In this document: one piece after another, positions 51,680-61,092 of the stretch
Position numbering within the stretch: position 1 is the stretch's first letter
How the letters are laid out: each line of letters starts with the position of its first letter
Source: an uncultured bacterium
GTDB lineage: Bacteria; Omnitrophota; Omnitrophia; Omnitrophales; Abzuiibacteriaceae
Length of the DNA stretch: 64,000 bases
Direction of reading: 5' to 3'
Assembly: GCA_964387845.1 (NCBI GenBank)
Contig: CAYLXA010000007.1
Coordinates: forward strand, 1 to 64,000
Notes under the pieces: generated by a model
What the model saw: only the letters and a program-made list of their open reading frames with translations
What the model was told of the DNA's origin: nothing
Databases searched by the model: none
Program-made: the position numbers and the translations under genes

Positions 51680-52210
51680 TTAATTGATCGCGACAATGCG
51701 AGAATCGCGCAACGCAGGATTGATACGCTCAAACGACCAACTCAACCCAAAAAGAACAACGGTAAACAGCATATCGCCGGCTAAAGTATTTCTGAAAAAC
51801 GGGAGCGCCATGGCGAAACATTCCACAAGCCCAGCCATAGTCTTAGGATACAACGTGTCAATGAGCCATACGCCGAAATTAGTAATCATAAAAAACATGA
51901 CGGAACTTGCAAGCGCCGCAATCAAAATATTGCCGGCGCTTTTCTTTTGCCGAAGCCAAAACCCGATGCCAATCACCAAAGCCAGGCAGCCATAAGTCGC
52001 GATTACTTGACTATGAAAACCAATTACCAGATCGCTTAACAAGAGCGCGCCGAAAGTGACCAGAAAAGCAGCACGTTTATCGGAAAACTGTGCACCGCCA
52101 AAAAGCGCCATCGCCACAACGGGCGTTAAGTTCGGTGGATGAGGAATCAGCCGTGAAGCAGCTGCGGATAAGGTTAACGCAAGCAGCATCCAAAATCTGG
52201 GTTTTAACAT
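51680..52210 (-). CDS. polytopic membrane protein (putative ECF-type S-component-like)
   Basis: It has five to six TM helices. LIPHPPNLTPVVAMALFGG is conserved. Confidence 0.3.
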   Translation of the reverse strand: MLKPRFWMLLALTLSAAASRLIPHPPNLTPVVAMALFGGAQFSDKRAAFLVTFGALLLSDLVIGFHSQVIATYGCLALVIGIGFWLRQKKSAGNILIAALASSVMFFMITNFGVWLIDTLYPKTMAGLVECFAMALPFFRNTLAGDMLFTVVLFGLSWSFERINPALRDSRIVAIN

Positions 52211-52293
52211 TCAGTGTCTCCTTTTCGTCAATGACGAGTTATACAATAAACTTAATTATCGTTCTGATATGTAAAATCTTGGTAAGAAAAAAC

Positions 52294-54069
52294 TTAACCA
52301 AAACGCTTTTGCGTTGAGGTAAGTTCGTCGCGAATTTTTTTCGGTAAACGGCTGCCAATCCTATCAAAATGTTCGAGCTGGCTCTTAAGCTCTTCGGCCC
52401 ATTCTGCTTTATCGACCTTGAGAAGCGCTTCCATCGTTTCCTTAGAAAGATTCAAGCCTTCCAAATTAAGCGCGTCCGGAGTCGGCACATTTCCGATCGG
52501 CGTTTCCACTGCCTTTCCTTTTCCTTGGCAACGCTCTAAAATCCAGTTAATGACGCGCAAGTTTTCGCCGAATCCCGGCCACATAAATTTGCCATTTTGA
52601 TCAACCCGGAACCAGTTTACGTGGAAAATTTTGGGCGCATTCTTGATTTTCTTGCCCATATTGACCCAATGCTGAATGTAATCTCCAACGTGATAACCCA
52701 TAAATGGAAGCATTGCCATCGGATCACGGCGGACAACACCGACTGCCGATGTTGCAGCAGCAGTTGTTTCAGAGGCCATGGTGGCACCGATGTAAGTTCC
52801 GTGATTCCAGTTTTTGGATTCATATACAAGCGGCGCTACTTTCGCGCGGCGGCCGCCGAAAATAATCGCGCTCAGAGGAACGCCCTTCGGATTTTGCCAC
52901 TCGGGCGAAATGCACGGACATTGCGCGGCAGGCGCTGCAAAACGGCTGTTCGGATGCGCAGCTTTGTCTTTTGAAGCCGGCGTCCAGTGCTCGCCTTTCC
53001 AATTAATACCTTCTGCGGGAGCGGGCTCGTCGCTTCCTTCCCACCAAAGTGTTTTATCTTTTTTCACAAGCACGTTGGTGTAAACCGTGTTTTTCTGAAT
53101 GGTCGCAAGCGCGTTCGGATTGGATTTGGAATTGGTTCCCGGCACAACACCAAAAAATCCGGCTTCCGGATTAATCGCCCAGAGGCGTCCGTCTTCGCCG
53201 ATGCTGAGCCATGCGATATCGTCACCGACCGTCCAAACTTTGTAGCCTTGTTTACGCAACGCTTCAGGCGCGATCATCATCGCGAGGTTTGTCTTGCCGC
53301 ATTGACTTGGGAAAGCCGCCGCGATGTAATGAATTTCACCTTTTGGATTTTGAATGCCGGTAATCAGCATATGTTCCGCCATCCAACCCTGGGTTTTACC
53401 CAAATAGCTGCCAATCCTGAGTGCCAAACACTTTTTGCCGAGAAGCGCGTTTCCGCCGTATGCGGAACCGACGGACCAAATCGTGTTGTCTTCCGGAAAA
53501 TGCGCAATGAAGCGGCGATTGATGTTGAGGTCAGCCTTACTGTGCAAACAGCGCGTAAATTCCGGAGAATTGCCGAGATGTTTCCAAGCGGCCTCGCCCA
53601 TACGGGTCATGATGCCCATACTGAGCGTGACATACAAACTATCAGTTAATTGAATGCCGACTTTACTGAATTTGGAACCGGCAGGACCCATAATGAAAGG
53701 CACTACGTACATCGTACGGCCCTTCATGGAACCTTTGAAAATACCGGATAATTTTTCGTAAGCTTCTTTGGGTGCCATCCAATTATTCGTCGGGCCTGCG
53801 TCTTCTTTATTTTGTGTACAGATGAAAGTGAGATGTTCGGTGCGGGCAACATCATTGACGTCGGAGCGATGATGATAGCAACCGGGGAGTTTTTTCTGAT
53901 CCAGCTCTTCTAATTCACCTGTTTTGAGGCATTGGCCAATCAGTTCCTTTTTTTCCTGTTCGGAACCATCGCAAAAGTGAATATGATCCGGTTGACAGAG
54001 CTTAGTCATCTCGTCAATCCATTGAAGCGCCGCTTTATTAGAGGTAAGGGTCGTTTCCAGTGTCATCAT
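52294..54069 (-). CDS. pckG: phosphoenolpyruvate carboxykinase (GTP)
   Basis: It matches the GTP-PEPCK family over its full 591 aa. Confidence 0.95.
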   Translation of the reverse strand: MMTLETTLTSNKAALQWIDEMTKLCQPDHIHFCDGSEQEKKELIGQCLKTGELEELDQKKLPGCYHHRSDVNDVARTEHLTFICTQNKEDAGPTNNWMAPKEAYEKLSGIFKGSMKGRTMYVVPFIMGPAGSKFSKVGIQLTDSLYVTLSMGIMTRMGEAAWKHLGNSPEFTRCLHSKADLNINRRFIAHFPEDNTIWSVGSAYGGNALLGKKCLALRIGSYLGKTQGWMAEHMLITGIQNPKGEIHYIAAAFPSQCGKTNLAMMIAPEALRKQGYKVWTVGDDIAWLSIGEDGRLWAINPEAGFFGVVPGTNSKSNPNALATIQKNTVYTNVLVKKDKTLWWEGSDEPAPAEGINWKGEHWTPASKDKAAHPNSRFAAPAAQCPCISPEWQNPKGVPLSAIIFGGRRAKVAPLVYESKNWNHGTYIGATMASETTAAATSAVGVVRRDPMAMLPFMGYHVGDYIQHWVNMGKKIKNAPKIFHVNWFRVDQNGKFMWPGFGENLRVINWILERCQGKGKAVETPIGNVPTPDALNLEGLNLSKETMEALLKVDKAEWAEELKSQLEHFDRIGSRLPKKIRDELTSTQKRFG

Positions 54070-54167
54070 GGCTATTCTTAAAAATCAGATAATATAGATT
54101 ACTTTTTTCGTCAACTTGCAGGCTTTTAGTCTATAAAACTGCGTGAATTTTGTCAAACTGAGAATGG

Positions 54168-54716
54168 CTATCGCCACTTAATGGAGCAACCCATGGAGGG
54201 GACTTGATTTGCAGGAATTGGCTTACCATCAACGAGGCAGTCTATGGCCTCTTTCAACTCCTGTTTCTTCACCTTGGATTCTTCTTTCCAATTGTCATCC
54301 AAGCGGCCGTGATAGACGAGTTCGTGATTAACGTCAAACAGATAAAGGTCGGGGGTGCACTGTGCCTGGAATTTCTTGGCAATTCCCTGCGTTTCATCAA
54401 CCAAATACGGAAATTGCAAATCCCATGCCTCGATATTGTCCCTCATTTTCTCAGGCGCATCTTCCGGATAACCCGGATGAATATTGGGATTAATCGCAAC
54501 CGTGTTCACATCCATTTCTTTGGCGTATTTCGCAAGCTTGATCAAGCGCGGCCAGATTGCCTGTGCGTAAGGACAATGGTTGCACGTAAAAACCACAAGC
54601 AACCCTTTCCTGCCCATGAGCTGCCGGCCCGAAAAATGTTCACCGTATGGATCCGGCAGGTCAAATGCCGGCATTTTGTTTCCGAGCGGAAGTTTTAAAG
54701 ATTCGACGAGTGCCAT
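54168..54716 (-). CDS. thioredoxin-fold protein
   Basis: A CNHCPYAQA (CxxC) motif lies in a redoxin-like fold. Confidence 0.55.
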   Translation of the reverse strand: MALVESLKLPLGNKMPAFDLPDPYGEHFSGRQLMGRKGLLVVFTCNHCPYAQAIWPRLIKLAKYAKEMDVNTVAINPNIHPGYPEDAPEKMRDNIEAWDLQFPYLVDETQGIAKKFQAQCTPDLYLFDVNHELVYHGRLDDNWKEESKVKKQELKEAIDCLVDGKPIPANQVPSMGCSIKWR

Positions 54717-54720
54717 AATT

Positions 54721-54792
54721 TTAATATCAAAATCTAAATTTCAAATATCAAAACATCTTTTGAATTTTGATATTTGATATTTGAATTTATGT
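54721..54792. repeat. AT-rich palindromic intergenic repeat, copy B
   Basis: It contains AAATTTCAAATATCAAAA ... TTTTGATATTTGATATTTGAATTTATG. It occupies the entire 82-bp intergenic gap. Confidence 0.6.
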
Positions 54793-54798
54793 TGCTGG

Positions 54799-56679
54799 TT
54801 ATTGAGGTTTGTCGGTGAAACTTTCTTTCAAGTTATTATAAATTTGCCTGGCTTTTTGATTGTTCGGATCCAAGCTCATCACAGTTTCGAGCGATTTTCT
54901 GGCATCCACATAAAGCCCCTGCGCCAAATATGCGACCGCTAAATTTAAATGTGCTTCCGGGTCATTCCAGTTTTGATTAAGTGCAAACTGAAGCTCCATC
55001 TGAGCCGCATCAAAACGCCGGGCCCGATTATAAAGCATTCCCAGATTCTTGTGAAGCTGCGCTTCCTGCTTAGGCGTCTTTGCGTACTGTAATCCTTCAC
55101 GAAATACGCCGTCCGCCATCGGATACCTTTCCAACTGCGTTAAGCAAACACCGAGAATTCCGTAAATGTCCGGATCATCTTTCTTGCTCCTCAATAGACC
55201 GGCATACTCTTGAGCGCATTGCTCCCAAAGTCCCAATTGATAATAAGATTCGCCGAGCCGCTTGTGGCATTCAATGGTCGGATTGATCTTGCAGGCATTT
55301 TCAAATCCGTCAATCGCGTCTTTTTGCCGCCCGGTTTTTAAATAAAGATTTCCAAGCCGTATGAAAATTTCTGACGGCTGATCAGCATTCATTTCATTGA
55401 TCTCGCCGCGTACGGTTTGACTGGGAGCTGCTTGAAGCGCAAGCGATAGAAAATCGTAGGCTTTCTGATAATTGCCGAGATGAAAGTAAGACCATCCTAA
55501 ATTGCTTAATACTTTCGGATTCCTGTTTTGGATGCGCAGAGCTTCCGTCAATAATTTTGCGGCTTCGTCGTATTTTGCGCGCCTCATCTGAACAGCCGCC
55601 ATATTGATTTTCGCATCGTAATTTTTCGGATCCAAGACAAGCGCACGATTCCATGCGTAAAATGCCGGTTCATAATTTTCCTTGTTAAAATGAGAGATGC
55701 CAAGCCAGTTTAAGGCGTCGGCTTTCATCGGATTTTGGCTGGCGACGGTAAAAAGATCCACGGCGGTACCGAGCTCCTGAATAGCTTCCTCATATTTGCC
55801 CAATTTTGCATATAAAATTCCCAAATCAAGCCGCGCTTGGGGATTTTGAGGATTTAATTTAATCGCCGCCTGCCAGGCCTTGACGGCTTCGTCGGTTTTG
55901 CCGAGTTTGATTTCGAAAACACCAAGCCAATAATAAAAATCGAACGATTGTTCGGTTTGGACTAACTTTTTATAAGCCGACAGCAACTGCCCTGCATATC
56001 CTTGTTCGATAAATTCCGTTCCCTTTTTAAAATCAACTTCCCGGACAAGCCGTATAATTTCGCGGTTCACCGGGTCAAACGCCGTCGGCGTCTGCCGATC
56101 CGCGACAGGATACATCATCGAGCGAGAATCTTTGGTGTGGATGGCACCGAAAAGATGGCCGAGTTCGTGCGCGAGCACAGTTTCCTCCTGGACTTTAAGC
56201 AAAGGCTGCGCCGGATAGCGCATGATGAGGTAGCCGGAAAAGGGCCTCGCGCGCCCAATCACATCGAGGTCGCGAAGGCTCGTTAAATTCTGATAGGACC
56301 GGAGCCGCGTGAGGCCGATGACAATATCAACCTGCGCTTTCTCAAGCGGAAAGCTATTTCTCAAATCTTCGATCAAGTAGCCGGAATCATCGATGTCGCC
56401 TCCGAGCTTCCATTCCCAAACCACCACCGGCACAAAGCGAATTTGAAATTCACGTTCAAAAATTTGGGATGCATAGGCAAGCCGCTCTTTGAATTTTTCT
56501 TTCCAGGCAGTATCCGCGCGGATATCCTGTGTTGCGGCAATGCCGACTCTGAGCTCACGCAAAGTATCCGCATTCGCCGGATAACTCGCTAATAAAATCA
56601 AAAAGAGAAAAGACGGGAAAAATTTTCTAAGAAATGAGACGTGGTTTTGGGTTTGAGGGATAATTGGACATTCCGGCAT
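54799..56679 (-). CDS. secreted metzincin-type zinc metalloprotease domain fused to C-terminal TPR repeats
   Basis: The zinc-binding motif HELGHLFGAIH (HExxHxxGxxH) is followed by a Met-turn (SMMYP). At least eight TPR-like repeats are present. Confidence 0.6.
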   Translation of the reverse strand: MPECPIIPQTQNHVSFLRKFFPSFLFLILLASYPANADTLRELRVGIAATQDIRADTAWKEKFKERLAYASQIFEREFQIRFVPVVVWEWKLGGDIDDSGYLIEDLRNSFPLEKAQVDIVIGLTRLRSYQNLTSLRDLDVIGRARPFSGYLIMRYPAQPLLKVQEETVLAHELGHLFGAIHTKDSRSMMYPVADRQTPTAFDPVNREIIRLVREVDFKKGTEFIEQGYAGQLLSAYKKLVQTEQSFDFYYWLGVFEIKLGKTDEAVKAWQAAIKLNPQNPQARLDLGILYAKLGKYEEAIQELGTAVDLFTVASQNPMKADALNWLGISHFNKENYEPAFYAWNRALVLDPKNYDAKINMAAVQMRRAKYDEAAKLLTEALRIQNRNPKVLSNLGWSYFHLGNYQKAYDFLSLALQAAPSQTVRGEINEMNADQPSEIFIRLGNLYLKTGRQKDAIDGFENACKINPTIECHKRLGESYYQLGLWEQCAQEYAGLLRSKKDDPDIYGILGVCLTQLERYPMADGVFREGLQYAKTPKQEAQLHKNLGMLYNRARRFDAAQMELQFALNQNWNDPEAHLNLAVAYLAQGLYVDARKSLETVMSLDPNNQKARQIYNNLKESFTDKPQ

Positions 56680-58562
56680 TAGCTTGACTTGATGATTCCG
56701 TCTTCCAGCCAGCTGTAGTGGCCATCCAACACATTCATCGCGACTTTGTAGCCCATTTTATCGTCACTTTTAATCAAACCGTGGAACTGACGCTTGATGC
56801 GGCGTTCGGCTTCCCGTGAGAGCATGTTCGCCAGGTCGAGCGGGCTGCGGTCTGTCGGGTTTTTGGCGTAAAGCGCCGCCGCACGTGAGCAGCTGGTTGC
56901 AATTCCAAAGAGATCGCAGCCGATGTTGACAATCCGGAATAAAATCCGCTGTTTTTTCTCGAGTCCCGCTTGATGCTTGACCATCACATGAAAAAGCGAG
57001 CGGGCCAGTTTTCGTGAAGTCCGGTCAACAAAATCAAAATGTTTCCTGAGTTCGCCGGGCACAGGCCCCTTCAGTGACGCACGCTTCCAAAAAAACCACA
57101 GCTGCGGATACCAAACTACGTAAAAAAGTCCGGCTTTAATCGTAATCAGAATTTTATCTTTCAAACTGGTCTTTGGGTTCATGAGCGGCAGGATAAATTT
57201 TAAATGCTGGTCCATCGCTTCGCGCGCGATAAAAAGGCGCATGATTTCGCTTGTGCCTTCAATAATCAAATTAATGCGCACATCGCGCATCGCACGTTCG
57301 ACGGGAATTCCGGCTTCACCGCGTTTGCGGAGCGACTCGGCCGTTTCGTAGCCGCGGCCGCCGCGGATTTGGACCGTATCATCCACCACCCGCCAGCCAC
57401 CTTCCGTACAGAACAGTTTCGCCATCGCCGCTTCCAGCCGGATGTCGCTCTTTTTCTGATCCGCCATGTGCGAACTGAGCAGCATCACACTTTCAATCGC
57501 AAACGTGGTGGCCGCCATGGACGCCAATTTATAAGCAATGGCGTCGTGCTTTCCGATGACAGATCCCCACTGCTCGCGCTCATTGGCCCAATGCCGCGAA
57601 ACGTTCAAACACCATTTCGAAACACCGCTCATGGCAGCCGGTAAAGTCAGGCGGCCGGTATTAAGCGTCATCAAAGCAAGCTTTAATCCTTGCCCAATCC
57701 CCCACAAAATATTTTCCTTCGGGACTTTAACATTATTGAATCTCAACAAGCCGTTTTGAATCCCGTGAAGGCCCATGAAACTGCACCGGTGGATCACTTC
57801 AAAGCCAGGCATACTGGTTTCAACGATAAATGCAGTTATCTTCTTCTTTTCTTTTCCGTTAACCATCACCGGCGTCTGCGCCATCACAATCAAAATATCG
57901 GCTGCCGTGCCGTTCGTGCACCAAAGTTTTTCGCCGTTCAGCACATAATATTCACCGCCTTCAACAGGCGTCGCGGTTGTTTTCATTTTGGCCGGATCAG
58001 ATCCGACATCGGGTTCCGTGAGTGCAAACGCAGAAACAGCGCCCTGGGCAAATCGCGGTAAATATTTTTTCTTCTGCTCTTCCGTTCCGAATAGCATGAG
58101 CGGCTGCGGAACGCCGATTGATTGATGAGCGGAAAGCCACACGGTCGTGGATCCGCAATAACTGGAGATGAGCTGCATTGCGCGGTTGTAATTGAGCTGT
58201 GAAAGCCCGAGGCCGCCGTATTCCTTTGGAACTTTCATCGCAAAACAGCCCAACTTGGCAAGGCCTTCCAAAACTTTCTTCGGAATTTCGCCGGTTTTAT
58301 CGACGGCGTCAGGATCTAAATTTTCACGCAGGAATACTTCAAGCTCTTGGCAAAACCGGTCGCCTACTTTGCGGTCTTCCGGGCTTTGCTCGGGAAACGG
58401 GAAAATCATGTCCCAACAGCATTTGCCCGCAAAAAGCTGCGCCAGGAAACTGGGCTGTTTCCACTCTTTTTCGCGGGATTCTTCCGCAACTTCAAGCGCC
58501 TGTTTCTTGCTTTCGTCGATCCCTTTAACATATTCCATGTTGGTTCCCCGGAATTGATGCAA
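56679..58562 (-). CDS. acyl-CoA dehydrogenase, FadE-like, with C-terminal extension domain
   Basis: The ACAD N, middle and C domains are present. A roughly 180-aa C-terminal extension follows. Confidence 0.8.
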   Translation of the reverse strand: MHQFRGTNMEYVKGIDESKKQALEVAEESREKEWKQPSFLAQLFAGKCCWDMIFPFPEQSPEDRKVGDRFCQELEVFLRENLDPDAVDKTGEIPKKVLEGLAKLGCFAMKVPKEYGGLGLSQLNYNRAMQLISSYCGSTTVWLSAHQSIGVPQPLMLFGTEEQKKKYLPRFAQGAVSAFALTEPDVGSDPAKMKTTATPVEGGEYYVLNGEKLWCTNGTAADILIVMAQTPVMVNGKEKKKITAFIVETSMPGFEVIHRCSFMGLHGIQNGLLRFNNVKVPKENILWGIGQGLKLALMTLNTGRLTLPAAMSGVSKWCLNVSRHWANEREQWGSVIGKHDAIAYKLASMAATTFAIESVMLLSSHMADQKKSDIRLEAAMAKLFCTEGGWRVVDDTVQIRGGRGYETAESLRKRGEAGIPVERAMRDVRINLIIEGTSEIMRLFIAREAMDQHLKFILPLMNPKTSLKDKILITIKAGLFYVVWYPQLWFFWKRASLKGPVPGELRKHFDFVDRTSRKLARSLFHVMVKHQAGLEKKQRILFRIVNIGCDLFGIATSCSRAAALYAKNPTDRSPLDLANMLSREAERRIKRQFHGLIKSDDKMGYKVAMNVLDGHYSWLEDGIIKSS

Positions 58563-58641
58563 AAGTTAGATTTAACGAGCCATTAAAAGTCTAGATGATA
58601 TATCGACAGAATGGAAGAGTTGAGTGAGCTATTTTTAGGGG

Positions 58642-59148
58642 TCAAAACGGCGATGCGGCGACCAGGGCCGCCTGAATATAAACCAGCTGAATCCACACCG
58701 GAACCGCGCTTGGATCCGATACGCTCCGCTCGCCAGTGACTTTGGTCACGCCGATGGCAATCCAGACAAAACCCGTTAAACGCTTAAAGAAATTTTGAAA
58801 AACCGGTTCCGCGACTGCATCATTCGGAATTTGGAGCAATACCCCAACCAGCACAAGCCCGAGCCAAACCGCGCCGCTCGGCCATCTGGAAAGTTTGCGG
58901 ATATTGACGAAAAAAGCCTGGGCAGCGCAAATCATAAGGACGATACCCATCGCCAAAAAAGAAACGTGGCCGCGCCTTAAAAATGGTTCCAGACAAAACA
59001 AGCCGAATAAAAATGCAAACAAAGGCCATAAGAAAAGGGATTTCGGAATCAAAGAAGACGATTTTGCTTCAAGCAATGCAAAAGTAGCCATCGCGATGAG
59101 AAGCCCTGCCGCAACCCAGTGACTGATGATCGGAATATAGGGATTCAT
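58642..59148 (-). CDS. polytopic membrane protein, unknown function
   Basis: It has four to five hydrophobic helices. Confidence 0.3.
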   Translation of the reverse strand: MNPYIPIISHWVAAGLLIAMATFALLEAKSSSLIPKSLFLWPLFAFLFGLFCLEPFLRRGHVSFLAMGIVLMICAAQAFFVNIRKLSRWPSGAVWLGLVLVGVLLQIPNDAVAEPVFQNFFKRLTGFVWIAIGVTKVTGERSVSDPSAVPVWIQLVYIQAALVAASPF

Positions 59149-59210
59149 TCTGGTTTAAATGACGGCTCAAATTTGGCGATTCTTTAACTCAATAGAGTAT
59201 AATAAAACCC

Positions 59211-59335
59211 AATTTCAAATATCAAAATCTAAAACAAATTCTAAATTTAAATGTTTCAATAGCCGTTTTGAAATTCAATATTTAGTAATTTGAAATTGTT
59301 TGGATATTTGAAATTTGACATTTGAATTTAAATAT
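59211..59335. repeat. AT-rich palindromic intergenic repeat, copy C (extended)
   Basis: The left end AATTTCAAATATCAAAATCTAAA and the right end GATATTTGAAATTTGACATTTGAATTTAAATATG match copies A and B. It lies in the divergent promoter region upstream of the Rieske gene. Confidence 0.55.
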
Positions 59336-59341
59336 GAGGAG
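59336..59341 (+). promoter_or_regulatory. Shine-Dalgarno AGGAGG for Rieske gene
   Basis: AGGAGG sits 5 nt upstream of the ATG at 59347. Confidence 0.6.
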
Positions 59342-59346
59342 GACTC

Positions 59347-59652
59347 ATGGGAAATTTCACAAAAGCAGCATCGGCAAAAGATATTCAAGACGGTGCTGGA
59401 GTCGCTGTAGAAGTCGGCGGAAAATCAATTGCTGTTTTTAATTGCGGCGGACAATTCTACGCCATCGATAATACTTGCAAACATCGCGGCGGCCCGCTTG
59501 GGGAAGGCAGTTTGGACGGCAATGTGGTCACCTGCCCCTGGCACGGCTGGCAATTTGATATTACAAACGGAAATTGTGTCACCAACCCTGCCGGTAAAGT
59601 GGAGTCTTATCCTGTCAAAGTCGAAGGCAGCGATATTTTAGTTGAGATTTAG
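59347..59652 (+). CDS. Rieske [2Fe-2S] domain protein (NirD-like small subunit / Rieske ferredoxin)
   Basis: The cluster ligands are CKHRGGPL ... CPWHGWQF (CxH...CxxH). Confidence 0.8.
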   Translation: MGNFTKAASAKDIQDGAGVAVEVGGKSIAVFNCGGQFYAIDNTCKHRGGPLGEGSLDGNVVTCPWHGWQFDITNGNCVTNPAGKVESYPVKVEGSDILVEI

Positions 59653-59664
59653 AAAAAACTTGTT

Positions 59665-60210
59665 TTATTGAACTGTCTGCTCCGTAAACGCGAGCATGCG
59701 GTCGGCCTTCTCGATCTCGCGGCGGCACTCTTCAATTTCTTCCTGGGCTTTTAGCGATTGGCGTGCGAACTTCCGGTGTTCCTCAAGCGCCTCCGCTTCA
59801 ACCGCGCGCGCCGCTCTCAATTTTTCGTGGAGATCTAAAATAATATCAGCATCACGCTCATTACTGCGTTCCATGCGGCTCTGCTCGATAAAAAGCTGCC
59901 AGGCTTCCTGCTTGCGCTGTTCGTAAACTATTCTTGAATCCTCAACCCGGCTGCTTAATTTCTTGATTTTGGCATTTAATGTTTCTATTTTATTTTCACA
60001 AAAACGCTTCATCTGTTTTGCCGACAAAATTCCCGGGCCGGATTCTATTTTGCTGCCTTTCTGATCTTTCTTGAAAATGCTTTTAATTCGATGCGCAATC
60101 GACTCCTGCTTCTCGCCTGCATTCGCCGCAAAAATAATTTGCCGGCCGGGTAAACATAGTAAAACAAAAAGAAGAATTCGAATGAAGAGCTGCGCCAACC
60201 GAAGAGACAT
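59665..60210 (-). CDS. secreted coiled-coil protein
   Basis: It has a signal/anchor segment followed by an E/K/R-rich coiled coil. Confidence 0.35.
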   Translation of the reverse strand: MSLRLAQLFIRILLFVLLCLPGRQIIFAANAGEKQESIAHRIKSIFKKDQKGSKIESGPGILSAKQMKRFCENKIETLNAKIKKLSSRVEDSRIVYEQRKQEAWQLFIEQSRMERSNERDADIILDLHEKLRAARAVEAEALEEHRKFARQSLKAQEEIEECRREIEKADRMLAFTEQTVQ

Positions 60211-60212
60211 GA

Positions 60213-60617
60213 TTACAAGCTTTCCGAAAGTTTAATGATTTCGCCGCGAACCTGATCATTCATGGGCATCACAGACAATCTGGACATGCGGACAAGCTCC
60301 CAATTTTTCATCTTAGAATTTTGCTTGATTGCCTGCAATGAAACCGGCTGCTTCAACATTTTGTTAACCGCAATATCAATAACGGCTAGCTTGGTGTTTT
60401 TCTGATCCGGATAAGAATCGCTCACGGCTTTTGCGATTCCGACAATCGATTTTTCATCGCCGGAGTGATAGATAAAAATTTCATCTCCCTTTTGGATGGA
60501 GCGTAAATGCTTCAAGGCGAGATTATTTGCAACACCGTCCCAGGTCGTTTGCCGGTCTTTCACAAGATCCTGCCAGGAATAAGTCTCGGGATCCGATTTA
60601 AAAAGCCAGCTGCTCAT
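60213..60617 (-). CDS. EVE (PUA-like) domain protein
   Basis: The motifs are MSSWLFKSDPETYSWQDL ... WDGVANNLALKHLR. The start is taken at ATG 60617, with an ATGA overlap with the upstream stop. Confidence 0.7.
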   Translation of the reverse strand: MSSWLFKSDPETYSWQDLVKDRQTTWDGVANNLALKHLRSIQKGDEIFIYHSGDEKSIVGIAKAVSDSYPDQKNTKLAVIDIAVNKMLKQPVSLQAIKQNSKMKNWELVRMSRLSVMPMNDQVRGEIIKLSESL

Positions 60618-61066
60618 GGCTTTTCTTTTTGTGCCGCCTTTGGAGTGATGCGCGGAAGGATTTCGGTAGGTTCGGCGACCGCTTCTTCCCATTTCAAAAG
60701 CCGGTCGCCTTTAAAATAAAGGCGGTAAGTTTCCTTGCCCGTATCGCTCGGCGGAAAGAAAAACGCAGCACCCAAACTTCCGATGATTCCGACTGTCCGG
60801 TCAAGCGACTTTAGAAAGCGGTCATATTGGCCTTTGTATGGAAAAAGGCGGTAATCCCAAACTTCCGTGATTTTCGAATTCGGGTCTTCTGATTCGTAAT
60901 AAAGTTCGTAGGATTTACCCAGAGCCTTTAACACATCTTGCTTGGTAGAATCTTCCGGGAGGCTGTCGATTTTCCGGCTTGTTGAAACACAGCCTGCTAA
61001 AACCGAAACGCACAACACAAAACTCAAGATTCGAAATGTTGGATGCATGAGTTGCATGATAATCAA
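60614..61066 (-). CDS. lipoprotein, unknown function
   Basis: The lipobox is LAGC, after a hydrophobic signal. Confidence 0.4.
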   Translation of the reverse strand: MIIMQLMHPTFRILSFVLCVSVLAGCVSTSRKIDSLPEDSTKQDVLKALGKSYELYYESEDPNSKITEVWDYRLFPYKGQYDRFLKSLDRTVGIIGSLGAAFFFPPSDTGKETYRLYFKGDRLLKWEEAVAEPTEILPRITPKAAQKEKP

Positions 61067-61092
61067 TCCCAGCTTGAATGTCCAGAATCAGC

